This document shows, in pieces, positions 18,418 through 26,981 of a DNA stretch of 64,000 nucleotides. The stretch comes from Candidatus Magasanikiibacteriota bacterium. GTDB lineage: Bacteria > Patescibacteriota > Patescibacteriia > Magasanikbacterales > UBA922. Every line of letters begins with the position of its first letter. Positions within the stretch are counted from its first letter, which is position 1. The notes below the pieces were generated by a model, which saw nothing but the letters and a program-made list of their open reading frames with translations, had not been told where the DNA came from and did no database searches. The DNA lies in contig DOMK01000009.1 in NCBI GenBank assembly GCA_003510435.1, forward strand, positions 24,675 to 88,674, given 5' to 3'. The translations under genes and the position numbers were made by a program.

Positions 18418-21400
18418 TTAAATAACTATCGACACCAATCTCCCTTTTACATAAATAACTTTTTTCGGTTCCTTACCTTCTAACCATTTCTGTACTTTGT
18501 CTGATGCAAGTGCTAATTTTTTTATTTCTTCTTCACTAATATCCACTGGCACTTGAAATTCATCACGTACTTTACCATTTACTTGTGCCACTACAGTAAT
18601 AACGTCATCAATAATTAATTTTGGATCATATTCTGACCATTCACTCAAAGCAATGCTGTCTTTATTTCCCAAATCAGCCCATAATTCTTCACAAAGATGT
18701 GGGGCGAAGGGAGAGAGTAATTTAAGGAGTAAGGAATAAGGAGTAAGGAATAATTGTTCCTCTTTACTCATCTCATTTACTAAAATCATCAGTTGTGCAA
18801 CCGCGGTATTAAAATGCATCGCTTCAATATCTTCACTTACTTTTTTTATAGTCTGATGCAACAAAGTATCAATTTTCGTATTTCGTAATTTCGTATCTTT
18901 CGTAGTTCGTATCCCCAAATTCCACACCTTCTCCAAAAATCTCCGCACTCCAACCACTCCATTCGTATCCCACGCCACTGCTTGGTCAAATGGCCCCATA
19001 AACATTATATAAGTCCTGAAAGCATCAGTGCCAAATTTTTCTACCATCTCATCTGGGTTTATTACATTCCCTCTGCTCTTACTCATTTTTTCACCATCAG
19101 AAGCCAAAATCATGCCATGTGAAGTACGTTTTTTATATGGTTCACTCGTTGGCACCAAACCAATATCAAATAAAAATTCATTCCAAAATCTAGAATACAA
19201 TAAATGCAAAACTGTGTGCTCCATTCCCCCATTATACCAATCAACTGGATTCCAATAATCCATTTTTTCTCTATCCCAAATATATTCACCATTTTTTTCT
19301 TTCATCATGGTATAAGCTAAAAAATACCAAGAACTACCAGCCCAATTTGGCATAGTATCAGTTTCTCGTCTCGCTTCACCACCGCAAACCGGACAAATGG
19401 TATTTACCCACTCATCAATATGCGCCAATGGAGATTCGCCATTGTCAGTTGGTTCATATTTTGCTACTTTTGGTAATTCAAGTGGTAGAGATGATTCTGG
19501 AAGTGGAATCCAGCCAGTATTTTCTAGGAGTTGCAATACCATTGGCTCTTCAGATGCTGTAAAATGTACATCTTCAGGTCTTGCTAAAACTAAAGTTCCA
19601 TCTAATTTCTTTTCCAAATCTCTTAAATCCTTTTCAAATATTGTTTTAAAATCAATATCTCCTAAAATTATAAATTCATTACTTAATTTTTTTATCTTTT
19701 CAAAATCAAAATTCCAATCACAACTTTTTTCTACCACAGGACGTATCTTATCTGGAAATTTTGCTGTCACAACTGGATCAAGAAGTAAAACTTTAGCCAC
19801 TTTTTTATTTAATTTTTCTAATAATTTATATACAACAACTCCACCTAAACTATGGCCAACCAAAATTGTATTTTCATCAATTTTGGTATTTTTTAAAATA
19901 TATTCAACTTGTTCATCAATATTTGGTTCATTGGTATTTGGTAAATCGGGACAAAACACAGTATTTCCCTGCTTTTCTAAAATTTGTTTCATCCACGGCT
20001 TCCAACCTTCACCTGAATAGGACATAAATCCATGAACAAAAACATAATGATGTTTTTTATTTTTACAATTTTCACAATAAACCAATGGGATTGGTTCACC
20101 CCAATAACGCTGACGAGAAAATACCCAGTCGCGAAGTTTGTAATTAACTGCCCGTTTACCTAAATTATTTTTTACAATATATTCTATAATATCTTGTCTT
20201 ACTTCATCCCACTTTCTACCTTTAAAATCAATTGGCTCTTCTAAAATACCATTCTGTTCACGATAAAATATTTCTGTACTACGCACTTTTTCTGCCAATT
20301 CTTTGTCCTCAGGGAACAATACTGGGTGTAATGGCAAATCATACATTTTAGCAAACTTATAATCGCGTTCATCATGAACTGAACAACCAACAATGCCAGT
20401 GCCATAATCCATTAGAGCAAAACTTGCTACCCAAATTGGTAAATTGCGCCCAATACCCAAATAATTTTCTGAATAACGGCCAATAAAAATACCTTCCATA
20501 TCACTATCTATATCAAACTTATCACCAGCTTTTTTCTTTTTTATTTTTTCCACAAATTCCATTACTTCTTTTTCATGTTCAGTGCCTTTTACCATTTCAT
20601 AAACATAAGGATGTTCTGGAGCAATAATTACAAAAGTTTGAGCCATAAAAGTTTGCGGAATAGAATCATAAACTTCAAATTCCAAATTCATGTCTTTTAT
20701 TTTGTGTTTAAAATTAATACCTTCGGATCGTCCAATCCAATTCTGCTGTTGAATTTTTGCTTGAGGAATATAATCAACAGTTTCCAAACCTTGTAATAAC
20801 TTATCAGCATATTTGGTAATTGAAAGCATCCACTGTTCTTTATTTCTTTTTTCTACTGGACCACCACAACGTTCGCATTTACCATCTACAACTTCCTCAT
20901 TAGCCAAACCAATTTTACAGGAAATACACCAATTGATTGGCATAGCTTTTTTATAAGCCAAACCGTGTTTGAATAATTGTAAAAATATCCACTGGGTCCA
21001 TTTGTAATATTTTGGATCAGTAGTATCTACTGCCCTATCCCAAGCAAAACTATAACCAAGCATTTTTAATTGACGCGTAAAATTGGCAATATTTTCGGCT
21101 GTCACTTCGGCTGGCGGTCGACCAGTTTTAATGGCAAAATTTTCTGTCGGCAGTCCAAAGGCATCAAAACCAATCGGGAACAAAACATTTTTTCCTTGCA
21201 TTCTTTTTTTACGACAAATCACATCCATGGCTGTAAATGGTCGTGGATGACCAACATGAAGACCAGCTCCTGATGGATAAGGAAATTCTATCAGACCATA
21301 AAATTTTTCCCTGCCCTGAGTCTTTACCGAAGGGCTTTCCTCCGTAACTTCAAAAATTTTATTGTCTTCCCAATATTTTTGCCATTTTTTCTCGCCTTGT

Positions 21401-21429
21401 TCTTCTAAAAATTCCTGATATGTTTTCAT
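18418..21429 (-). CDS. leuS: Leucine--tRNA ligase with inserted alpha/beta-hydrolase domain
   Basis: FPYPSGAGLHVGH, DWVFSRQRYWGEPIP, KMSKS; ATG 21429 (MKTYQEF). Confidence 0.95.
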   Translation of the reverse strand: MKTYQEFLEEQGEKKWQKYWEDNKIFEVTEESPSVKTQGREKFYGLIEFPYPSGAGLHVGHPRPFTAMDVICRKKRMQGKNVLFPIGFDAFGLPTENFAIKTGRPPAEVTAENIANFTRQLKMLGYSFAWDRAVDTTDPKYYKWTQWIFLQLFKHGLAYKKAMPINWCISCKIGLANEEVVDGKCERCGGPVEKRNKEQWMLSITKYADKLLQGLETVDYIPQAKIQQQNWIGRSEGINFKHKIKDMNLEFEVYDSIPQTFMAQTFVIIAPEHPYVYEMVKGTEHEKEVMEFVEKIKKKKAGDKFDIDSDMEGIFIGRYSENYLGIGRNLPIWVASFALMDYGTGIVGCSVHDERDYKFAKMYDLPLHPVLFPEDKELAEKVRSTEIFYREQNGILEEPIDFKGRKWDEVRQDIIEYIVKNNLGKRAVNYKLRDWVFSRQRYWGEPIPLVYCENCKNKKHHYVFVHGFMSYSGEGWKPWMKQILEKQGNTVFCPDLPNTNEPNIDEQVEYILKNTKIDENTILVGHSLGGVVVYKLLEKLNKKVAKVLLLDPVVTAKFPDKIRPVVEKSCDWNFDFEKIKKLSNEFIILGDIDFKTIFEKDLRDLEKKLDGTLVLARPEDVHFTASEEPMVLQLLENTGWIPLPESSLPLELPKVAKYEPTDNGESPLAHIDEWVNTICPVCGGEARRETDTMPNWAGSSWYFLAYTMMKEKNGEYIWDREKMDYWNPVDWYNGGMEHTVLHLLYSRFWNEFLFDIGLVPTSEPYKKRTSHGMILASDGEKMSKSRGNVINPDEMVEKFGTDAFRTYIMFMGPFDQAVAWDTNGVVGVRRFLEKVWNLGIRTTKDTKLRNTKIDTLLHQTIKKVSEDIEAMHFNTAVAQLMILVNEMSKEEQLFLTPYSLLLKLLSPFAPHLCEELWADLGNKDSIALSEWSEYDPKLIIDDVITVVAQVNGKVRDEFQVPVDISEEEIKKLALASDKVQKWLEGKEPKKVIYVKGRLVSIVI

Positions 21430-21433
21430 ATAA

Positions 21434-22222
21434 TTATACTTTTTTATAATAAAAGCTATCGGCACTCCCCTTGCCACCAGTAATTTCCTCTTTTACAAAC
21501 AAAACTCTTCCACTCTCATCAATTACTGTATTATTTTTACTAGAAATCAATGAACCTTTAATTGTCTCAAATGATGGCCCTGAAATCATAATAACATCTC
21601 CAATATTCATAATCCGATATAATTCACTAATTACGCTACTCACATATTTCTTTACTAAATCAGAATTATAACCATCCTGTGTATCCTCTTGTATTCCGCA
21701 AAGCAAAACATTTCCTCCGTAATTATCTGGAATGGAACGAACAAAATTTAACATTTCTTCTCTCAAAACATAAAGCTCCATAGCTTTACCATCGGGTCTC
21801 TCAACCTTGTCATACATTTCTTTCCTTGGGCATATATCAACTCCTACATATTCATTTGCTCCATATTGTGCTAATACTTCTGCCAAATCCTCAATTAGTA
21901 AATCATTTCCCCCACAACCTAAATCAAAAAAATTTTTACCATTTATAAGTTCGGCTATTCTTTTTTTATATGTCTCAAATTCTTCTATAAACCTCTGACC
22001 TTCACGTGGTGGTTTAATATCACTAAGAAATAAATCTGCAAATGGTATTTGTGACAAAACAAAAGGATGTTTACGTTCATCAAATTTTATTACCTCCCTT
22101 GGTTTAATAGGACGATTAAAACGAGCGCGTAATTCAACGACTTTTTTCTTAGAAAATTCCTGATTAATTAAATAGTCAGCATATTTTTTATCTTCATATC
22201 TTTTTCCTTCTCCACTTTTCAT
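21434..22222 (-). CDS. Hypothetical protein with divergent SAM-binding motif
   Basis: FFDLGCGG and YVGVDI motifs; ATG 22222; upstream TTGCAA-N17-TAAAAT. Confidence 0.6.
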   Translation of the reverse strand: MKSGEGKRYEDKKYADYLINQEFSKKKVVELRARFNRPIKPREVIKFDERKHPFVLSQIPFADLFLSDIKPPREGQRFIEEFETYKKRIAELINGKNFFDLGCGGNDLLIEDLAEVLAQYGANEYVGVDICPRKEMYDKVERPDGKAMELYVLREEMLNFVRSIPDNYGGNVLLCGIQEDTQDGYNSDLVKKYVSSVISELYRIMNIGDVIMISGPSFETIKGSLISSKNNTVIDESGRVLFVKEEITGGKGSADSFYYKKV

Positions 22223-22318
22223 ATTTTGAACCAAAAATAAGGCTTTTACTTGCCTAAAGAATAATATAGATATTTTAGCTAAAAACCCTATATTTTGCAA
22301 GTTTATTTTGCAAGTTTA

Positions 22319-22347
22319 TTGACCTAACTTAGAGTACATAGTAAAAT
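22319..22347 (+). promoter_or_regulatory. sigma70-type promoter of GC-rich islet 1
   Basis: TTGACC-N17-TAAAAT, preceded by a 13-bp tandem duplication (22291-22316). Confidence 0.6.
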
Positions 22348-22380
22348 TAACAGTAGGACAACTCTCACCTGGAGGCCAAG

Positions 22381-22569
22381 ATGGCCCATGTTCTGGATCT
22401 TCGCGGCTCAACCATGCCACTGGCCGAACAGATCAAGACTGGGATTGCTCTCATCATGGTGGTGCCTTTCATCACAGCCTTCCTGATGAAGAGCAAATTT
22501 AGGGAGCTAAAGGCTAGGTGGTGGGACACGTTCGTCTCAGATGTCACCACTATAACAGGTGACGAATGA
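22381..22569 (+). CDS. Small orphan single-TM protein, 62 aa
   Basis: GGAGG SD 6 nt before ATG; hydrophobic stretch GIALIMVVPFITAFLM; own promoter and terminator. Confidence 0.6.
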   Translation: MAHVLDLRGSTMPLAEQIKTGIALIMVVPFITAFLMKSKFRELKARWWDTFVSDVTTITGDE

Positions 22570-22668
22570 CAGACAAAAGGGGGTTCACGTGCGACTTCTT
22601 TGCCAACCGGTAAGAAAGGGGGTGGAAGTCGCTCAGTTGGTTTAGCCCATCAAAAGGTGGATTAAACC

Positions 22669-22705
22669 AAATAAAGAATTCCGAATTTAACGGAATTTTT
22701 TATTT
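22669..22705 (+). terminator. Intrinsic terminator of islet 1
   Basis: aaataaagaattccg-aatttaa-cggaattttttattt. Confidence 0.6.
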
Positions 22706-22732
22706 GACAAAATATATTTATATAATTACAAT
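22704..22732 (+). promoter_or_regulatory. Near-consensus sigma70 promoter
   Basis: TTGACA-N17-TACAAT. Confidence 0.72.
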
Positions 22733-22737
22733 ACTTA

Positions 22738-23090
22738 CTCAACTTCACCTAACTCCGCTGTCAGTGCTGGTTTGGAGTCAGGTGTTGTTTGTGGGCATCG
22801 TGACATGTCGACAAAACCATGGAACCGGGGACTATTAGTAGTGACAAGCGAAAGTAGCGAAATCGGGGCAAACCCCCGTTCCCCATCTGGGTGCCAAACC
22901 TAGAATTACCGTATTCCGACGGTAATGTTTCCCAAAAGTGGTTTGACACACCCTTAATTTGTCATGAGGTCGGCAGTTCAAGTCTGCCTAGGCCCATGGA
23001 CTGGGTGGTCACGATGAAGGGGGTGTGGGCGACGACAGCTAGCCCCTCCTCTAAAACAAACCCTGTACCGTTCTGGTACAGGGTTTTATT
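22738..23090 (+). ncRNA. Candidate structured ncRNA with tRNA-like T-arm (family unknown)
   Basis: Promoter and terminator bounded, no credible ORF, multiple nested helices, AGGTC-GGCAG-TTCAAGT-CTGCC T-arm at 22967-22988. Confidence 0.55.
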
Positions 23091-23091
23091 T
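23058..23091. terminator. Bidirectional intrinsic terminator
   Basis: aaaccctgtacc-gttct-ggtacagggtttt. Confidence 0.8.
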
Positions 23092-23112
23092 CCGTGTAAT
23101 CCTTTTTTCCGT

Positions 23113-24345
23113 TTAAATCCTTATTTTATTCGCCACTCTCTCAATTGCTTTAACAAAAGCAGCTGTTCGCATATCAATACTATATTTTTCTTTTGTTTCC
23201 CAAACTTCATCAAATGCCTGTACCATCATGGGTTCTAATTTGGCAAAGACTTCTGCTTCAGTCCAACGTTCATTTTTAATATTTTGTTCCCATTCAAAAC
23301 AAGACACCGTCACCCCACCAGCATTGGCTAATACATCTGGCACAAGAATAATCCCACGTTCTTTTAATATTTCATCAGCCTCTGGTGTAGTTGGTCCATT
23401 AGCCATTTCTACTATTACCTTAGCTTTAATATTATTTACATTTTCTGTTGTAATTTGATTTTCCATAGCTGACGGTACTAAAATATCCACTGGCAATTCT
23501 AATAATTCTTCATTAGTAATATTTTCTGTATCAGGACAATCTTTTAAACTACCTGTTTTCTCTTTATGTTCAAAAACTTTGTCCAAATCCAAAGCAACAT
23601 TATTCCTTACAACCACCCCACCTTTGGAATCGCTAATAGCAACTACACTATAACCTTCACTCTTCAAAATTTTGGCCATAAAACCGCCCACATTTCCCAT
23701 ACCCTGAATGGCAACTTTGGTTTCACCTGGATTCAAATTTAATTTTTTGGCTAATTCTTTTACTACATAAACACCGCCCTGAGCCGTAGCAGTCTCTCTA
23801 CCTTCTGAACCACCGTCTTTGATCGCTTTACCAGTAATCACGCCTGGATCAGCCTGACCAAGCAATTTTTCAAATTCATCACGCATCCAACCCATAATAG
23901 TGGGTGTGGTATACATATCCGGCGCTGGAACATCTTTATCAGAACCAATCTCTCGCCAAATTTTTTGGATATAACCACGAGATAGTCTTTCCAATTCACC
24001 AACAGACAATGTTTTGGAATCAACAATTATTCCGCCTTTACCACCACCCATAGGAATATTTACTGTCGCACATTTTACCATCATCCAAAATGATAAAGCC
24101 TTTACTTCATCAATCGATACATTTTGGTGATATCTAATTCCACCCTTATATGGTCCCATAGCGTTGTTAAACTGTGATCTATAGCCGGTAAACACTCTTA
24201 CTTCTCCATTATCCATTTTTACTGGGATTGACACGGTTAACACGCGATCTGGTTGTTTCAAGATGGCATGAATACCTTTATCTAGGTTCATGATTTTGGC
24301 AGCTTTATCTAGCTGGGACATGGCGTTGGCGAATGGGTTGGACAT
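23113..24345 (-). CDS. gdhA: Glu/Leu/Phe/Val dehydrogenase (glutamate dehydrogenase)
   Basis: GPYKGGIRY, GGGKGG, VPAPD, QGMGNVG, ANAGGVTVS. Confidence 0.93.
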   Translation of the reverse strand: MSNPFANAMSQLDKAAKIMNLDKGIHAILKQPDRVLTVSIPVKMDNGEVRVFTGYRSQFNNAMGPYKGGIRYHQNVSIDEVKALSFWMMVKCATVNIPMGGGKGGIIVDSKTLSVGELERLSRGYIQKIWREIGSDKDVPAPDMYTTPTIMGWMRDEFEKLLGQADPGVITGKAIKDGGSEGRETATAQGGVYVVKELAKKLNLNPGETKVAIQGMGNVGGFMAKILKSEGYSVVAISDSKGGVVVRNNVALDLDKVFEHKEKTGSLKDCPDTENITNEELLELPVDILVPSAMENQITTENVNNIKAKVIVEMANGPTTPEADEILKERGIILVPDVLANAGGVTVSCFEWEQNIKNERWTEAEVFAKLEPMMVQAFDEVWETKEKYSIDMRTAAFVKAIERVANKIRI

Positions 24346-24465
24346 AATATTTCATTCCGAGCGTAGCGAGGAATCCCTTTCCTACCTCGGCTAAACTCAA
24401 TTTAATATTTAATTAGTTGCTTTATTCTACTCTTTTTTTAAATAATGGTCAATGGTGAACATAAA

Positions 24466-24534
24466 AGGAGTAAGGAATTAGGAATAAGAGGCGAGAATAT
24501 TTTCTCGCATCCAGTCCCAACTCCCAACTCCTAT
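24466..24534. mobile_element. Palindromic element, GCGAGA..TCTCGC core with 7-nt-period arms, copy 1
   Basis: aggagtaaggaattaggaataagaggcgagaatattttctcgcatccagtcccaactcccaactcct; copies at 25551-25619 and 40676-40739. Confidence 0.7.
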
Positions 24535-24549
24535 AAAAATTTTATTTTA

Positions 24550-25479
24550 TTATATGTTCGTTTTTCTAGGTCTGATTAATTGTACTACTCCCCAAACAAC
24601 CAACCCAATCACCAACCACAATGGAATATAAACCACTAGCCAAATTGCAAAATTAACCAAGCCTTTACCTACTCCAAGTAAACTTCTGGCGGCTGATTTT
24701 ACTTCGGCCCATGGTTTCCATTTATTAGTATCATCTACAGTTGGCAAAACATCTGGATCAGTTGATAAATAAACCGTTAGAGTAGACAAACTAGCACTAT
24801 CTTTCAAATACTTCATTCTACCCATCATGGTCTCTATATCCCGTCTTACCCAAGTCAATTCACGCTGGACTGCTAACACATCTTCAATCTTAACCGCGCG
24901 TTGCATAATTTGCAAAAATTGAGTTTCAGTCGCACGTAAATTTTTCAATTGTGAATCAAGGTCAACAAATTCTTCGGTCACATCCTGACCACTCACAGTT
25001 TCGCTCTCCACTTCACCCATGGCTTTTACATCTACTACACCACTATCAAAAACTGTCACAGGAATTCTAACTATAATTTCACCATAAGGAGCCACACCAA
25101 CCTTATCAACATTACTACTAACCACAAAACCACCTTTGTCTTTGGTATATTGAGAGATCTTGGCAATTGCTTCTCGCACATTTTCTACCACCATTGAAAT
25201 TGAACCTGTCTTGATAATCAATCTATCCTGAGCCGGACTAGCTTGGACAGCATCTTCTGCCACTCCATAACTTTCTTCTTTGGCTACCAAACTATTTCTT
25301 TCCGCCATCATTGGGGCAACAACACCACCGGTCATTTCACCTTTGGTCAAACCATAATTCAACGACTCATCATATGACATACTACTCGTGCCAAGCCAAA
25401 ATGTTTTCATAATCCAAACCAAAGCAATTACTATTACAAGAATTGCTCCCCCCAAAATTATTTTCCAATTTTTTTGCAT
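24550..25479 (-). CDS. DUF4349 domain membrane protein
   Basis: RLIIKTG, QDVTEEFVD, IE...GRMKYL; TM at both ends. Confidence 0.82.
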   Translation of the reverse strand: MQKNWKIILGGAILVIVIALVWIMKTFWLGTSSMSYDESLNYGLTKGEMTGGVVAPMMAERNSLVAKEESYGVAEDAVQASPAQDRLIIKTGSISMVVENVREAIAKISQYTKDKGGFVVSSNVDKVGVAPYGEIIVRIPVTVFDSGVVDVKAMGEVESETVSGQDVTEEFVDLDSQLKNLRATETQFLQIMQRAVKIEDVLAVQRELTWVRRDIETMMGRMKYLKDSASLSTLTVYLSTDPDVLPTVDDTNKWKPWAEVKSAARSLLGVGKGLVNFAIWLVVYIPLWLVIGLVVWGVVQLIRPRKTNI

Positions 25480-25550
25480 AGTGTTTATTAATTAAAAATT
25501 AGATTAACTATAAATATATTATACTCCACACAGGTCAAAGACGTCAAAAA

Positions 25551-25619
25551 AGGAATTAGGAGTTGGGACGAGAGGCTAGAAAATATATTCTCGCATCCAG
25601 TCCTTAATCCTAATTCCTA
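25551..25619. mobile_element. Palindromic element, GCGAGA..TCTCGC core family, copy 2
   Basis: aggaattaggagttgggacgagaggctagaaaatatattctcgcatccagtccttaatcctaattcct. Confidence 0.65.
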
Positions 25620-25683
25620 CTATAAAAAAATTCCCTAGCTTTCACCAGAGAATTCTATATTCAAAATTCAATATTCTATATTC

Positions 25684-26007
25684 TTAAATGTGTTTCTCCA
25701 ACATTCCTTTCAATTTCTCTTTTGGCACACCACCAACCATCTTATCTACTACCTGTCCGCCTTTAAAAACCAAAAAAGTCGGGATACTCATGACTTGAAA
25801 CTGTCCAGCGACCAATTGATTTTCATCCACATTCAATTTAGCAATTTTTACTTTTGCGATATCTAATTCACTAGCTAGTTCTTCTATAATTGGACCCATC
25901 ATTTGACAAGGACCACACCATGGTGCCCAAAAATCTACTAAAACTGGCACGTTTGATTGCAAAACCTCCACCTCAAAGTTTGCATCTGTAAGATTTAATT
26001 CTGACAT
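25684..26007 (-). CDS. trxA: Thioredoxin
   Basis: DFWAPWCGPC; ATG 26007 (MSELNLT). Confidence 0.95.
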   Translation of the reverse strand: MSELNLTDANFEVEVLQSNVPVLVDFWAPWCGPCQMMGPIIEELASELDIAKVKIAKLNVDENQLVAGQFQVMSIPTFLVFKGGQVVDKMVGGVPKEKLKGMLEKHI

Positions 26008-26102
26008 ATATAAATTTAAAGATTTAAAGATTGAATAATTTAAAGATTTTTTGACAAGAAGTATTTTAACATTTTTGAAAATTACCAGCAAGGGTGGATA
26101 AC

Positions 26103-26972
26103 TTAGGTTAAACTTGTATTACCAGATCTCTTTTTTCTTTCTTCTTCCAAAGAGATAGAATTATTTGGTTTGGCCACTTCTTCATCTGACCCTGCCTGAG
26201 GCTCAATATTATTTTGCACTTCATTTTTATTATCTTTCGCATCATTTTCAACAGTCGATTTATGTTTATCTTTTGCAAAAAGAAAAAATATTCTTCTTAT
26301 CTCTGTCACATTATCACCCTTATCTGATGAATAAGTTAAAAATACAGAAAAACCCATTTGTTCTCCATCGTCATTTACCAAATAATTTGATTCAAAGTTT
26401 GGTGGAGTAAAACGAAATTTCATTCCTGGCTCACCAATAGAATTTTGCGGTGGATTTTCTAATTTCTTTTTCATTTCGTCTGCGCCAGCTTCAGAAATTA
26501 CCAAAATCATATTGTTAGGATCCGCAAAATCTAATTGATTGCCTAATTTTAGACTATCCAATCCAGCACTACCATGATCACGTTTCAACATCCCAATCTG
26601 ATCACCATATTCTCTAAACACCGCTGACAAACATTTCACCACTCCCCCACCTTCCAACTGAGTCTTTCTTAATTGGTCATGAATTTCTTGTAAATCTTGA
26701 TCATTTTCTAAATCTCTGCCTTCTGCCACAGCATGTTCAGCTTCAATTAATCGTTGGGCATTAGAATCAATAAATTCTCTTCTTCGCAAAGGTTCAATAT
26801 TTAATCTAGCACCATTAATAGAATAAGCAAAAGTTTCTGTCTGTTGCTCGTTAGAATATTCAACCAACATTTCTGGCCCTTGCTTTTTATCATTAGAGCT
26901 TGTTTCTGGCTGGGAAAATTTTGAAGCTGAATCAATCTGGTGTTCTGCTTCAATTCGTTGTGATTGTCCCAT
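26103..26972 (-). CDS. Hypothetical protein
   Basis: 289-aa ORF directly downstream of infB; no motif recognised. Confidence 0.65.
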   Translation of the reverse strand: MGQSQRIEAEHQIDSASKFSQPETSSNDKKQGPEMLVEYSNEQQTETFAYSINGARLNIEPLRRREFIDSNAQRLIEAEHAVAEGRDLENDQDLQEIHDQLRKTQLEGGGVVKCLSAVFREYGDQIGMLKRDHGSAGLDSLKLGNQLDFADPNNMILVISEAGADEMKKKLENPPQNSIGEPGMKFRFTPPNFESNYLVNDDGEQMGFSVFLTYSSDKGDNVTEIRRIFFLFAKDKHKSTVENDAKDNKNEVQNNIEPQAGSDEEVAKPNNSISLEEERKKRSGNTSLT

Positions 26973-26981
26973 ATAAACAAA

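Noticed and set aside
19515..20060. LeuRS insert as an intein
   Set aside because: No HN-C/S/T splice junction or LAGLIDADG motifs; it has hydrolase motifs instead.
22738..23090. tmRNA, RNase P RNA, SRP RNA or group I/II intron identity
   Set aside because: No tmRNA G3:U70 acceptor or TCCACCA end, no GAGGAAAGTCC or AGAACCCGGC RNase P motifs, no SRP GGAAG-AGCAG loop and no recognisable intron core. Rfam is still needed to be sure.
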